Both the position numbers and the translations under genes were made by a program. From Narcine bancroftii (taxonomy: Eukaryota), in NCBI RefSeq assembly GCF_036971445.1, contig NC_091476.1, positions 27,590,001 to 27,654,000 on the forward strand: 64,000 nt of DNA, read 5' to 3'. The notes beneath the pieces were generated by a model that made no database searches, had not been told where the DNA came from, and saw only the letters and a list, made by a program, of their open reading frames with translations. This document shows positions 1 to 46,546 of this stretch, piece after piece. How positions within the stretch are numbered: position 1 is the stretch's first letter; each line of letters opens with the position of its first letter.

Positions 1-395
1 AGAAGATTTTGTATTTAAATAGGAACCAAGGTTAATATTTAGTGACAGAGAAACTCCACTATTGAAGCATTTGATTAATATATGGATGTAGTAAATACTG
101 AAATGGAAATGAGGAATCCTGTGTTCTCTAAAATGCCTTTTGAATCAAAATAGACTTATCCCATTTATAATGAATCATCAAGTTTTGAATATTTGATTTT
201 CTAAGGGAATTAGAAATATAGATATGAAGGAGGAAATGTAAAGTCATTTGAACAATTAACAAATAAATGTAGAATGGAAAAATAATACAATATTTTCTTA
301 TTATCAAATAAAAGCATATTTGTGAGATAAACTGGGTCCAACAATGTTATTGCCTAAAAGTAGTGAAATAGAAACCTTGATTTGTAATAGATCTT
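1..395 (+). mobile_element. Degenerate L1-like ORF2 fragment
   Basis: Resembles the end of the L1 segment at 7450-7710 (F.YYQIK.YL.DKLG-like remnant). Confidence 0.5.
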
Positions 396-925
396 GTCTT
401 CATTTTGCATCTTTTAAATTAATTGTGGTACATTTGTGTTTCCAATCTTAACCATGGCTTCTTCGAGCTATAGATGGTCACTTTGATCTTGAGGATTGTG
501 CAGGCAAAAGTAGACAGGAGACCGATCCTTTTCTGCATAATTAATTACTGGCATTCTGCATTTGTTCATTTCTAGGATCTAATATGGTGGAATGTTTAAA
601 AGACTACAACTGAAATGATGATAGTAAATGGACAGCAAGATGATGTCAAACTGGACAACAGTTGGTGGACATTCTTGTGAGTTGGAGACCAAACACAAAG
701 ATTGGGCAGCCCCATGAGTTAAACACTTAATGCAGAAACCATTGTGGTGAGTGAATCCAGGCATTGTTTACAAATTTTGATATTGTTCATCTTTTTAAAA
801 ATAATTCTCTGTTTAACTCTGTTTCAGGATTGAACATTCTGACATTTCCATCTGTGGCCTCACTTCATAAGGAAGAGGTTGTTGCCTTTGGTGCTGCCAT
901 TAACCCTTAGGGTGATTGCAGAATT

Positions 926-34134
<33,209 letters not shown>

Positions 34135-35140
34135 TCAATGGACTTGAGCCAAACAGAGTATTTTGTGAAGGTGGATTACTATAATGCGAACACCAAACTG
34201 GTGTTCTACCAAAATTGTCTCTCAGAAATAATTATATTTTGCTCAAGAATAGATGTGACTAGCTCCGAGAATTCACAAGAACAGGAAAGGAAGTGAAGAA
34301 AATTGGTGCAAGGGTATGTTTAAAAAAAAAAAAAAATTCTTCATTCTGTTCTTTTATCTTTTCTACATCTCACCACTCAATCAGTAAGTATTAAAAGTTT
34401 CAGGCATTTTTAATTATATTGTTATATTTGGGTAATAAGTTCTTTGCTAGTACTTGTCGATTATTTGAATTTTCCAATTTTAGATAACTCTTACCTTCTG
34501 TGTTTTCATTCTCTTTTAAATTATTTGTGAGGTTTTGGACATCAGGACCAAGAAAGCTATAATGAATCAACAGTCTACAGTAAAAACACAGCAGGTCAAA
34601 TAGTGTACTTTATAAAGCAAAGATACATAACCAGCAGTCTATGCACAGCATTAAGAAGCGTACCAGTGCAACTTTACAAGTTGAATTAACAAAATCATAT
34701 TCTTCTGACTGAACTACATCAAGAATTTCAGTTGAGGAAAAATTAATATTTGTATATTTTTGATAAACCACATTTTAAAATGCTGTATGCATGTTGAATT
34801 TCCAGGTTTTATTCAACAATGTGTACATACTGAGGCAAAGACCAGACAACTAAAATATTGGCAAGTTATGAAGGATGTAAACAAAGGGCCAGATCTTATG
34901 AAGGGATATCTGCAATTATTCATACAAACTTTCTAAGAATAAACACATTAAAGACATTCAGATTTTGCATTCATTGGCCAAATTAAACCTGCTAAAATAA
35001 ATTTCAGAGTATGAATAAAAGGCTCCATTGTACTTGAGTGTTTACAAATCCTCAAATATTTACGAACCTTAAAAGTATGAAAAGGGAACTACTTTTTTCT
35101 CCATATACCTTCTCAGGTAAAATATTGATTTTAATAAACA
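34135..35140 (+). terminator. Probable SYTL4 3'UTR with a cluster of AATAAA polyadenylation signals (about 34938-35137)
   Basis: Repeat-poor AT-rich stretch after the stop codon with several AATAAA hexamers; true cleavage site unknown. Confidence 0.5.
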
Positions 35141-35439
35141 TTTACTATTTTACCTGTGATATCTTCAGTTTTTTTTTTAAATGTATGACAATATAATTTA
35201 TTCTTGAATGTTCATTTATTTTTGGTCCTGAGACAAAGAGCTTAGACTTTGCTTAGCATTCTTTTCCTATGACAACAATAGTCTTTAATGTAATTTGGCT
35301 TTCCCAGATATCCTGATGAAGTTACTGCTTGGATTGAGGACATGGCACTTAAAATTCCATTCAATATTAAAATTTTATGTAGTTAGCATCTTCAATTTAT
35401 ACAAAAGCTAAAATTAAAGAGGATGTGCTTGCTGCCTTA

Positions 35440-36770
35440 CAGCAAATAAATGTAGAATAATCCCCTGGGCCTGATAGGATATTCCCTCAGACCTTGAGGA
35501 AGACTAGTGTAGAAATTGGAGGGTAGCTCTTGTAGTTCTGTTGTTTTAAAAAAAAAAGCTCCAAAGTAAACCAGGAAATTACAGGTAGTTGAGCCTGATG
35601 TCAGTAGTACGGTAGGTAAATTATTGGAGGGTGTTCTGAGGGATCGGATATACAAGTATTTGGGCAGCCAAGGTGATGATTAAGGATAGTCAGCATTGCT
35701 TTGTGTGTGGTAGGTTGTGTTTAATGAATCTTAGAATTTTTTAGATTACCAAGAAAGTAGATGAAGGAAAGGGTGCAGATGTAAAAGGCCTTATAAATAA
35801 AGTCCATGCAGACAACAAGGTCCCACATGGGAGGTTAGTTCAGAAGGTTCAGACACTAAGTATCCATGGAGAGGTTGTAGAATGGGAGCCTGTAATTAGT
35901 GGTATGCTTCAGGGATCAATGCTGGGACCATTGCTGTTTGTGGTCTATGTCAATTATCTTGATGATAATGTGGGAAATTGTATCAACAAGTTTGCTGATG
36001 ACACGAACATTGGAGGCATTGTGGACAGCGAAGAAGGCTTCCAAAGCTTCCAGAGGGATCTGGACCAACTGTAAAAATGGGCCATAAAATGGCAGATGGA
36101 ATTGAATGCAGACAAGCATGAGGTGTTGCAATTTGGAAGGACTAACCAAGGTAGGACATACATAGTAAATGGTAGGCACTGAGGAGTGCAGAGGAACAAA
36201 GGGATCTGTGAACGCAGGTACATAATTCCCTAAAAGTGGCGTCACAGATAGACAGGGTTGTGAAGAATGCTTTTGACATTTTGTCCTTCATAAATCAATT
36301 AAGTACAGGATTGGGATGTTATGGTGAGGTATGGAATATTGTGTGCTGCTCTGGTCACCAAACTACGGGAAGGATATTAGTTAGATGGAAAGGATGCAGA
36401 GATTTACTAGGATGTTGTTGGGTCTTCTGGAGTTGAATCACAGGGAAAGATTAAACAGGTTGGGACTTTATTCCTTGGAGCATAGAAGAATGAGAGGAGA
36501 TTTGATAAAGGTTTACAAAATTATGAATGGTATAGACTGAGTAATTGTGAGTAGGCTCTTTCCACTTGGATTAGTAGAGATAAATACTAGAGGACATGGC
36601 TTTAGGGGGAACAACAGAGTGGTGGGTGTGTGGAATGAGCTGCCATCTGACATGGTAAATGCAGGCTCACTCAAGTTTTAAAAATAAATTAGATAGATAC
36701 ATGGATGGGAGAAATCTGGAGGGTTATGGAGTGGGTCTCGAGGGATGATGTTTCGGCACAGACTAGAAAA
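35440..36770 (+). mobile_element. Degenerate CR1 LINE (RT to 3' end)
   Basis: QGSMLGPLLF and KFADDT remnants, LQRDLDQL, typical CR1 3' region. Confidence 0.88.
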
Positions 36771-36854
36771 GGCAAAACATTTGAGGGTAACTCAAATAAG
36801 GGTTGTCTTACACTTGGGGCCACAGTTCATTCATTGAGTAGCTAATCCCTATAG

Positions 36855-39800
36855 CAGCCATTTTCCAACCTTTTTTTGGCAATGACCCCCCCCTTAGAAT
36901 TATGTTCAACTTTAATGGGCCTACTTACCTGTGAAGCAGTCAAGTTTAGTTGGTTTCTTCTGTACTTCTTGCAACTATGTATATTAAAAAAATTATGTGA
37001 GGTGAAAAGAAAGCAAGGCTTTTACTCTGAGTGCAACAACTGTGCCTTGATTCCAGAATAAAGAGAAAAATAAGAAATCATTCTTGTTCAATAAGAATGT
37101 AAGAAAGAAGAAAACATGAACATATATAATTTATTAAATTATTCTTAGAGCACACTGGTTTGTACACAATGAGTCATTAGGGAAGCTTAAGCATAAATTT
37201 GAAAATGAAAAGTTAATAAGAAATAATTCTTATAAGTTAAAAATTTTAGTGATATCCTGGAGCCATGTTCCTGTGCAAGTTTTTTTGATGTCAGACTCCA
37301 AATTGGATAATGATGTTTGAGGGTCACCTCTTGTGCTAGCAAGTCTGTTCCTGGATTTTATCAAGGCAATGACCTTGCTGAATCCACATTCAACTAAGTA
37401 TGTTGAGGGAAAAGCAATGAAAAATATTTTCCCATAGCTTTGGAAATCTGTTCGGCAGATCACTCTTAACCCAAAAATATATTTTAAAAATTGATTGAAC
37501 TTACAGTTGCAATTATATCACTCTGAAGATTAATCAACCACTTTTGAATTTCTGCGTCAACAATGGTGTGTTGTTCCTCTAATAGATCTCCTATCCAATA
37601 TGGGATACTGAGATTTAACACGTCATTAAATCTTTCCTACAGATCAGTGTGCATTTGCTTTAGGTGTTTCACATAACTGTAGTGTCATCACCCTTCAGTG
37701 CCGGTGTTCGGATTTGGAAATTGTAAAAATTCCCAACCTCTGATATTGTTCCAATAGACTTAAAGGAAAGTAACAATGGATTCCTTACTATCAATGAGAT
37801 TATTGTATTTACCCTGCAAGGTCTTGTTCAGTAAACTAAGTTTGTCAAAGATAACTTCCAGATAAAATATGTCCGCCTTTGCATCAACAAGTTTTTCTCC
37901 AAGCTCTTTATGAGAAAGAAAGGAAACAATCGTCCCAGAGTGCAACAAAACAATGAAGACACTTTGGATAGCCACCTCACCTTGGTATGCCGCAGCAGCA
38001 TCGAGAAATATTCATCATTTTCTTCACTCAGCTGCCAGGATATATGGTCTTGAAGAGAGTGTAATTTTATAAAGTTTAGTCTTCGTCCATGAAGCCAAGC
38101 CAAAGAGTCTTTATGACAATTGTAAGTGAAGCATTTGAATGTCCTCCTAGGTTTTTGGCCACTCCCTATGAATGACACAATGAACACTAAAGAATGAAGG
38201 TATAACATTTTTCAGGAATATGATGAACTCGCTGTATCTTCTACCATTGAAGCAGCCCTCAGTTGCACAAGCAACTATGTTCTTGAATGGAATATTGCTC
38301 TCATTTATGTAATTCTCAGCTTCTTTGAAAATAGTCAATCCATTAGAATCTGTTTTAAACCTTCTGGCAAACAACGTCTCTTCAATCAGTTCTTTTCCAT
38401 TCCAGAATCCAACCTGAGCCAAAGCGAAGGTGTGTTGTTCTCTTGCAGAGTGGATTCATCTGGTTATAAAGGGAATTTCTTGGATTGCTATGAAATGGCA
38501 ATCACTTCCCCTTGCCATCTCATCAATTCTTCTAGAAACAGTAGAATTACTCAGTTTTTCTGGCTATTGCCAAAGTTCATGACGTCAGATATTATAATGG
38601 ACACTGAAGGCAAAACAAGTGACTCAGCAATGTTATGAGCATTTCAACTTTTAGCAAATGACTTACCTTGTATGATCCAAGAACACCCTAATGTAATCTC
38701 TGTGACATTTCAGTAATCATCTGTTTGAGCATTGGTCTTCTCTCAAAATTATCTGTGTTTTTGAAAAAATGGCAGTGCTGTGGCTATTGTGGAACCAGGA
38801 GAGGGAGAAAGGAGACACAGTGCTACTCTCAAGGGTTCAACCGCACCTCTGGGGAGCAGTGGACTGTCGCGGGGCACCAGAATCTGTGAGAATATCCTCC
38901 CAGTTGTGGATAAGCACCACCCTACAGGACGGTGACCATGGTGATGGACCAACAAGGGGCCAGCAGCTGAGGGACCCAAACAGGCTTGTGGGCTGCGGGA
39001 GACTGGCTCATGGAAACCAGGTATTGGAAATGAGAATCAAGAGGGTGCTGAGGGCAAGAAGGGTTCTCGAATTGCCTTAGCCACTGAAGGCTTTCTGATT
39101 GTATCAGAGGTATGGATCTAGAGCTCGGGATGTTGATGGATCAAACAGGAATCTGCAACTACAGAGGCACTACAGGCAAATCCATGGACACTCAGTGACT
39201 CTGAAGGTACTCTTGCTTCTTTTACTCTTAGTGTAAGAGTTGTCAGGTGACAATAATGGTGACTGTTTGCCTTACAGCAGGCAGAAAGTAATTTCATGTA
39301 ATATTACATGTTCTGTACTATTGTGTGACAATAAAGGAATCTTGAATTTTAATCCAAGGGTTTAACTGCTCTTTATTTATGGTCTCCAAATTTTGTTTCA
39401 GCTTGCTTGGCCTCATGCTTGAAAACATATTCAAGCAAATCCAACACGTGGGCAGAGAATGGTTTTACAGAGATGTAATGAAACCACACGTTAAGTATTG
39501 CACTGAATACTGCCCACGTTTTTTTTCACCCCCCAAGGAACTCATGGGTAAAATTATTTCTGAAAGTAACAGAAATTAACTATTTAAAAAATGTAACCAC
39601 ATCTTACAAGGATTAGCTCAAAAGTCATCTTGATGGAAAATAATGAATAATACATATTGTACCTTCAATAAAAACTAGCAGAAGGAGACATACATTCACT
39701 ACCTGTCACGAAAACCTGAAGCAATATGAGAATGCTTGCGGATGTGAGAAATGGAGTAAAACCTTTCGGTCTGCACGCTTATTTCCTGGAATTCAAAGCA

Positions 39801-40310
39801 GTAGGAAAATTAGGTGGAAGGGATCTTATAACCAAAGCTGGTTCCATGTCAAACACAATCATGTTGGTTTGGAATGCTCTGAAAACATTGTTAATTTTCT
39901 GCATTTATCTAGGTGAGCCATTCTCAACCTTATTTTGGCTATGTACCCCACCTTAGGACTCTGCTCAAAATTTATCAGTCCCCTTCCCTGTGAAGCAGTC
40001 AAGGTTAGTTGGTTTCTTCCATACTTCTCTCCTACTAACTACATAAAAACATTATTTTCCAATTTCAGTCCTCCACCCCATAAAACCTACTGTGGTCTGG
40101 CGGGTGGAAGAATAACTGATCTAGGTTGTCCAAATGCCTCTTACCCTTAAAAATTCTGACATTGCTTGGCAACTGTGCATCTAAGTTCTTTTCATGCTCC
40201 TCTATACTCTTTGGGCCATCTTATTAAGGATTTCAGTCTGTGGCGCCCCCCCCCTCCCCCCAAGGTGGGAGGATGAGGGGTAGGTGTATGGTCCCCATTG
40301 AGAATGGCCG
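36855..40310 (-). mobile_element. Decayed hAT (Charlie/Buster/ZBED5-like) DNA transposon with transposase remnants at about 37230-38740, duplicated terminal segment and a nested repeat at 38750-39345
   Basis: HCVIHRE, LLRHTKVRWLS, FPSTYLVECGFS and SRNRL motifs on -; terminal sequence at 36855 repeated at about 39915; matching inverted end near 40300. Confidence 0.82.
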
Positions 40311-42819
40311 CCAAGGCTTCTGCTTGGAAATGAACTCATTGATTGCAGTTATGCTGGAATGTAAATGAGTTCAATATGACACTTGTATTTTGTGCAACAA
40401 TAGTATAATTTTTTTTAAAAAGCAGATATTGGATATCTGAAAAACAGAAAATATTGGAAATACTCAGCAGGTCAAGCTACATCTGTGGGAAGAGGAACAA
40501 AGCTACTATTCAGGTCAAAGACCCTTCATTTGTTTCTGGTCCATGACCTGAAATACAAATCCTGTTTATCTTCCAACATGGTGAGTTGTTCCAGCATTTT
40601 CAATTTTTTATAAATAACAAAGGGTCCTAATTAATTCAGATTTGAATCTGGGCCGATGTATTGAGATCTCTTATATGGAGGTATTTAATAATCAGTTTTT
40701 AATCCTCTTCCTTAGCCAACATAACACTGTGTGGCATTGCTTAGACGCCCCATTCCACTCTGGCAAGACTGAAAAGATGCACAATGTGCTGCTGCACGCT
40801 GTTTTCCCTGGACTCTCTTCTCAGACAGCTAAGCTTTCCATTTCTGGTATTTCTTCTGATCCTCTCCTTTTATAGTCAGCTTCCAGATATCCCACCTGTC
40901 AGCAGCCCTCTTCCTGATGCCTGGCATCTTCACTTGTGAAGAAATTATAGGCATTCAGCAAATTGTGACCTCGTGGACAATTCACTGTTTGAAGTGTCCT
41001 TGACAAAACAGCTGACAGCCATTCAATGAAGACCGTCAATCCAGTGCAAATATTATTGGCTTAGTAATAAATCTATTCTGATAGACTGAGCAGGCTCAGT
41101 TGTCCATATCATTATTGAGGACCGTCAGGTTTTCAACTTTTTCCTCCTCCCACGGGAGGAGTTTTTGACTTCAGTCTTCAAAATAATACAGTAGTGTAGA
41201 TGTATCTTAAAAATGAGTAATTAATTTTTTTAAGCAAGACTTTGTTTTTCGTATTCCCAGGTAGCTGAAAATGAGTAGTCAGAATATTTTTTTTCAAGAG
41301 CAGTAAAATTTGTCACATTTCCTGACTTTTTGCACTGTTGCTGGAATGTTAATTGGTTGCAGTCTGCAATTATCTATAATGGAGTGGTAATAAATTAAAA
41401 ATAATTTAAGGACTACACAAAGAGCTGGAGGAACTCAGTGGGTCAGGCAGCAGCTCCACCAGTCAACATTTTGGCCCAAAAACTCTTCTTCGGTAAGAGC
41501 AAGATCTGGGCGGACACCACCCTTTTGTTTGGGCATCTGTCTGGTTCTTGCTATTCCTGAAGGGGCTTTTGGCCTGAAATGCCAACCATCTGTTGTTTTC
41601 TACTGAGTTCCTCCAGTTTTCCAACATATGCAGAACTTTTTGTTTACCAAGAAGTATTTTAAATGGAATTGAAGTATTCTGATACATTTTTCAGCATCTT
41701 CTCTCACTTTTGCCCAAAACAAAATCAATCAGATTGCAAGTGAGCTGAGGACATTAAGATCTTCAGATGGGTTAAGTGAAATGTGAAGGTGTTATATAGA
41801 TTTTGCTAACTTGCTTGGTATTTTGAGCTTTTCTCTTTTGAAAAACAAAACTACAATTCTGTTGTATTTGTTCCAAGAACAACGTGAATTAAGGGGTTTT
41901 TACATTCTTGTGGTTAAGTCTGATTCTTCCCATGAATATTGCATTAGGTTATTTTTATGAATATAAATCTTACAGTTGAATTGCAGTAACTTGACAGATT
42001 TGCAAGAGAATTTGGTTTAATAAGTGGGTCACCTGAAATTCCTTTTAAACAACGTTTTCTGTAACAATTAATGAATATGACAAATACGATGAACCAGTCA
42101 CTATATCCCTATTACAAATTAAATAAGAACCTTTTTCTTTTTCTCTCAATCCTGCTCCACTCTCTCATATTTTATTAGCATATCGGAGATGGAAAAGCTC
42201 CAGGGCTCAGTGTCTGCCAAAGAGTGAGCAGGCTTTAAATATCTGGCTAATCCCTTGCCCACAATTTCAAAATGACTCAAGGTCATGGATCCAAGTTTCT
42301 TGGACTCTTTTGGTTACTGAACACCAATGGATTGACATATTAAGCATCCTTTGCAACAAAGTGTACCAGTTACATTAAATACAGCATTGCTGGTACTACA
42401 ATGCTAGGCTTTTTTTTTTAAATGGTGATCAAGGAGGAAGATCATGGACAAAGAATTAATATTCAGAAGAACTAAATGGGTTCTTTTCAGATAAGCATGC
42501 TGTTGCAGTACTGTTTGAACAATCCTGGACTTCAGCCATTCACAAAATAGAACAATACCGTACACAATGTTGTGCTGCCCTGTATAAACCTATTCTACCA
42601 CTGATCTCACCCATCCAAATTTCAACCCCATAACCTTTTATTTTTCTTCCAATCATGTGACTTTTAAATGGCCCTCTTTTAGCTGCCTCCACAACCACCC
42701 CCAGCAATGCATTTCAGGCAACCAACACTGTGCATGTATAAATATATATATTAAAAAAAACAACTTACCTCTGATGTCCTCCCTAAACCAGCCTGTTAGA
42801 GGATCCGACACTTTAAAAA

Positions 42820-43395
42820 AAAATTCCTGCAACCACCGAAGTCTCTCCCCAAAGTGGTGACGCTTGTGCTGGCCAGCGTACAAGTGGTTGTAAACTCTGG
42901 GAGCAGTGGACCAGCACAGGGCACCAGAAATGGAGAGAATACCCATTGTTGAAAAGAAGACCCTACAGGGAAGGTGACCATGGCAACAGATCAGCAAGGG
43001 GCTCAGCGGTTGAAGAATGCAGGCTGTTGGCAACTTGCAGTCGAAGGACTAACTCACACTGTGGGCTTCTGGCAACTTGCGGTCAAAGGACTCATAACAG
43101 GCTACAGACTGATTCATGGGAATCGAGTATTACAACCAGGATTAGAGAGGGTTGGAGTTGGAGCTTGGGTTGGCAATGGAGTTTGAGAGGCTGCAGATGT
43201 TGAGGGAGTGCTGAAAGTGAATTGACAGATACAATCTCTGAGGGGATTCTCTTTGGCTTCTGTTTCTCATGTTGTTGGGGTGCAGAACAATGCTCATAGC
43301 AACTCTTTGTATGCCTGACAGTAGACAAAAGTTTAAGTATAACATGTATCTTACCATTTTTCTGTATTATTAGATGACAATAAAGGAAACGAACC
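42820..43395 (+). mobile_element. Unclassified interspersed repeat (TGACAATAAA tail), similar to 38750-39345 and the reverse of 3870-4690; nested in a CR1 remnant
   Basis: Shared tctggg.gcagtggac...ggggcaccaga and ggtgaccatgg motifs and a common tail. Confidence 0.6.
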
Positions 43396-43399
43396 TTCC

Positions 43400-44180
43400 T
43401 CCACTCCTCCTTAAACAGGTCCTCTGGTATCGGCCATTGCGCCCTGAGACAAAGAGACTTTTTGTCCACCTTTCCCACGTCTATCATAATCTAATACTAC
43501 GCCTCTATCAAGATGCTTCTCATTCTCCATCATTCTAAAGATGAGTCCATCTTTCTTCATAAGACACTTTCTCCAATCCAGGCAACATTCTGATAAATCT
43601 CCCCTGAACCCTCTCTAAAACTTCCACATCTTTCCAATCATAAGATGAACCAAATTGAACACAATAATCTAAGTGTGATCCAACCAGAGTTTTAGAGAGC
43701 TGCAATATTATCTTGCAGTTCTTCATCTTAATCCCTGGACTAATGAAGGCCAGCACATCATACACCTTCTTAACTGCCCTAAACAAGTTCGCACCAATCT
43801 TCAGAGATCCATGGACTTGGACCCCTCGATCCACACTGATTCTCCATACTGTTAAGAATCCTGCCATTAACCCTATACTCCATCTTAAAGATCAAGTTTC
43901 AAGTTCAACCTTCCAAAGTGCAACACTTCACGCTTTTCTAAATTGAATTCCATCTGCCACTTTTCTGCCGAACTCTCCATCCTGTCTATATCCTGCTGTA
44001 CTCCAAGACAACTTTCTACACTATCCACGACACCTTTTACCTTCATGTCATCTTCAAACTTACTGACTTACCCCTTCGTTTCTATAAATCAAAGAGCTAC
44101 AGTCACAGACGAATGCACGTAGAACAATTTCCATCTACAATCAACCTCTATCATCTTATGGGCAAGCTAATTCCGAATCA
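43400..44180 (-). mobile_element. Degenerate CR1 LINE
   Basis: HLDYCVQF...LERVQGRFIRMLPGL..SYEER. Confidence 0.88.
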
Positions 44181-46414
44181 AAATTCACATTATGTTTAAC
44201 AACTGAAAGAAAATGAGTGCAATATTTTCATATTTACTGAGCACAAAGGTTATTTGTAAAATGAGCTGATGTGAGAAGACTCAGCAAATGGCGATGGAAA
44301 GATTGTTTAAAACTGATGAAATTTAATGTTGCTGCAGAGGAAGCTTGGTGTGTTCATGCAAAACTCAAGATGAGACTTCATTAGGAAGGATGAAGCTGAT
44401 GACAGGGTGACAGTGGTAATGAAAAAGCCCAGGCTGGTAAAAAAAAATAACTAATCATAGTACTCTGGAGATGGAAAATTTGGATTTGAGGAAAGATATT
44501 TTTATGTATGTATATATTTTTTAAAATTTAAAAAGTCCAAGGAGAAAGTACAAATTTTGCATTTGATGGAATGGGAATGAATAAAGATTTTTAAAAAGTG
44601 CTGCTGTTAAAATTGTGCACAACTGCACACAATTTTGACATCACAGTTGTGTCCACATCCTCCTCCTGAAACACTGCTCTTAGTTTCTGTACCAACCTTC
44701 ATTCACATTTTAAATCCACATTTAAACGAGGCAGTTTTTTTTTAAAAAAAGTCTTAAATTCATGACAATTTTTAACTACCCTTTCACTGTCATGCACACT
44801 ACTTTTATAAATAATAAAAGTAAATAGCTTCAAATTCAAAGGGTTAGACTCCTCAATGACAAGCTCTGATTCCTCGCTAGAAAAAACACAATTGTATCAG
44901 CTGGGATTTTAACTGAATGAAAGAATGCATACAAGGAAACTCTTCAACCATGCTTGCTTTAGCTGTTGCTTAAAATGCATAACCAAATTGAAATTTTGTC
45001 ACTTACATATTTCTTGTATTTCACAGAAATAGCTTTAATCTTCATCCCAAGAGTTCCTTTATCAAAATTCATCTTACAATATAATTATACTTTACCAATT
45101 ACAAGATTCACTTCACTTTTACATAGTGCACTGTCCGGCATGAGAAGACCATCTTGTTTCAAGTTAAAATCCTGCCAGACTTAGTGTTCCACTTTTGGGT
45201 AATGATTATTTAACTATTGTGCAAAGTTAAGATGCTTAGTAAATGACTAGACTTTAACACCATCCACCTTAAATTTTGCACAATAGTTTACAATGCACCA
45301 TACTAATGGCTATCACAGTAATGTGACATTTTATACAATATCCAGACAGGTATGTTTCAAAAAAAAACCAAAGGATATTTATTGTCAGAGAACCTGCACA
45401 TCATATTTCTGCTCTGGAAACTAATCTCTGATATCAGAAATTAATCTTCGATATGAAATTTGTAACTGATACCATGGATTATAATGAATTTTAATTCTTC
45501 TAATTACAATAATCAAGTGGCTGTCTTCTGCAACATACAGCTTTAGGTCATGGTGATTACCAAAGTATCAAAGTGATAAAATGCCAGGGGAGGTTATAAT
45601 ATAAAACTTTGGAGAAAATAATTTCCCTTTGGTTTATTAACTTCCTCAGATCTTGAACTGAGATATGCAACTTGTTCTTAATCTTCTGTAAGAAGGGTCT
45701 ATAATAGAACGCAGGATAAAGAATAAAATTTCAGATATTTACGCTACCCATGACTTTTTAAACTCAATAATATTTCAAATGGAAATGGAAAACCAGAGAC
45801 CAGGCTGATGATGCAAACACTGCAATTAGCTAGTAATGAACTCCATGTAAGTATGAAGTATGACTTGGCATTCAAAACTGAACATCAGCTAAGGAAATAC
45901 AGCCAGTTTTGCAGCCATGCATTTATCACAACTAGACAATGAAGAGAGAATATTTTTTTTTAAGATATTCCTGCACCCTTGCTGAATTATAGCAGAGGCA
46001 ATCACTGACAAGGAACACCTGGAGAGTACAAAAGAGATTTTAATTTTTGCAAAAGGATATTTTCTTTTTAATTTCTCTGCTGTTTTATTAACTCAATTTG
46101 GGGTTAGAAGTAATCATTTTCAAATTGCTTCCTTTAATTGCATTTGGCTAGATAAAGAATTTCTGAATTTTCTATACACATTTATATAGTTAGTAGTTGG
46201 ATTTAAATTAATTAGATTTGAGGACATTATTACTAAAACACCTTTTCCCAAACCTTTGTCAATGTGCTGTTTAAAATCATGTTAGCAAGTTGTTCTGAAG
46301 ACAACATTCCATGTATTCCAGGCATGATACAGAACATTGCATAAAACAAGCAACGACATCTGCCGCACTGCATTCAGAAAATAGAGTCAAGCTCTGGCAC
46401 TGCAGCTAGAACAG

Positions 46415-46546
46415 TTACTTCCTCAACCAGAGCCAACTATTGACAAAACAGGTTCCAAAAATGATGGAATAGAGAAGAAATTCTTTCCGAGCATGATCCC
46501 GACTCTCCTGTTCCAATAGCTGTAGGCGGCGATTCAATTTGTTCAA
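46415..46546 (-). CDS. MFF-like terminal exon: coiled coil plus C-terminal transmembrane anchor (LNKLNRRLQLLEQESRDHARKEFLLYSIIFGTCFVNSWLWLRK*)
   Basis: Acceptor cttctctcttgcag; KLNRRLQLLE and NSWLW match the MFF C-terminus as recalled. Confidence 0.95.
   Translation of the reverse strand: MNKLNRRLQLLEQESRDHARKEFLLYSIIFGTCFVNSWLWLRK

Noticed and set aside
37230-38740. ZBED5/SCAND3/FAM200-like host gene
   Set aside because: Fragmented across frames with stops and flanked by transposon termini
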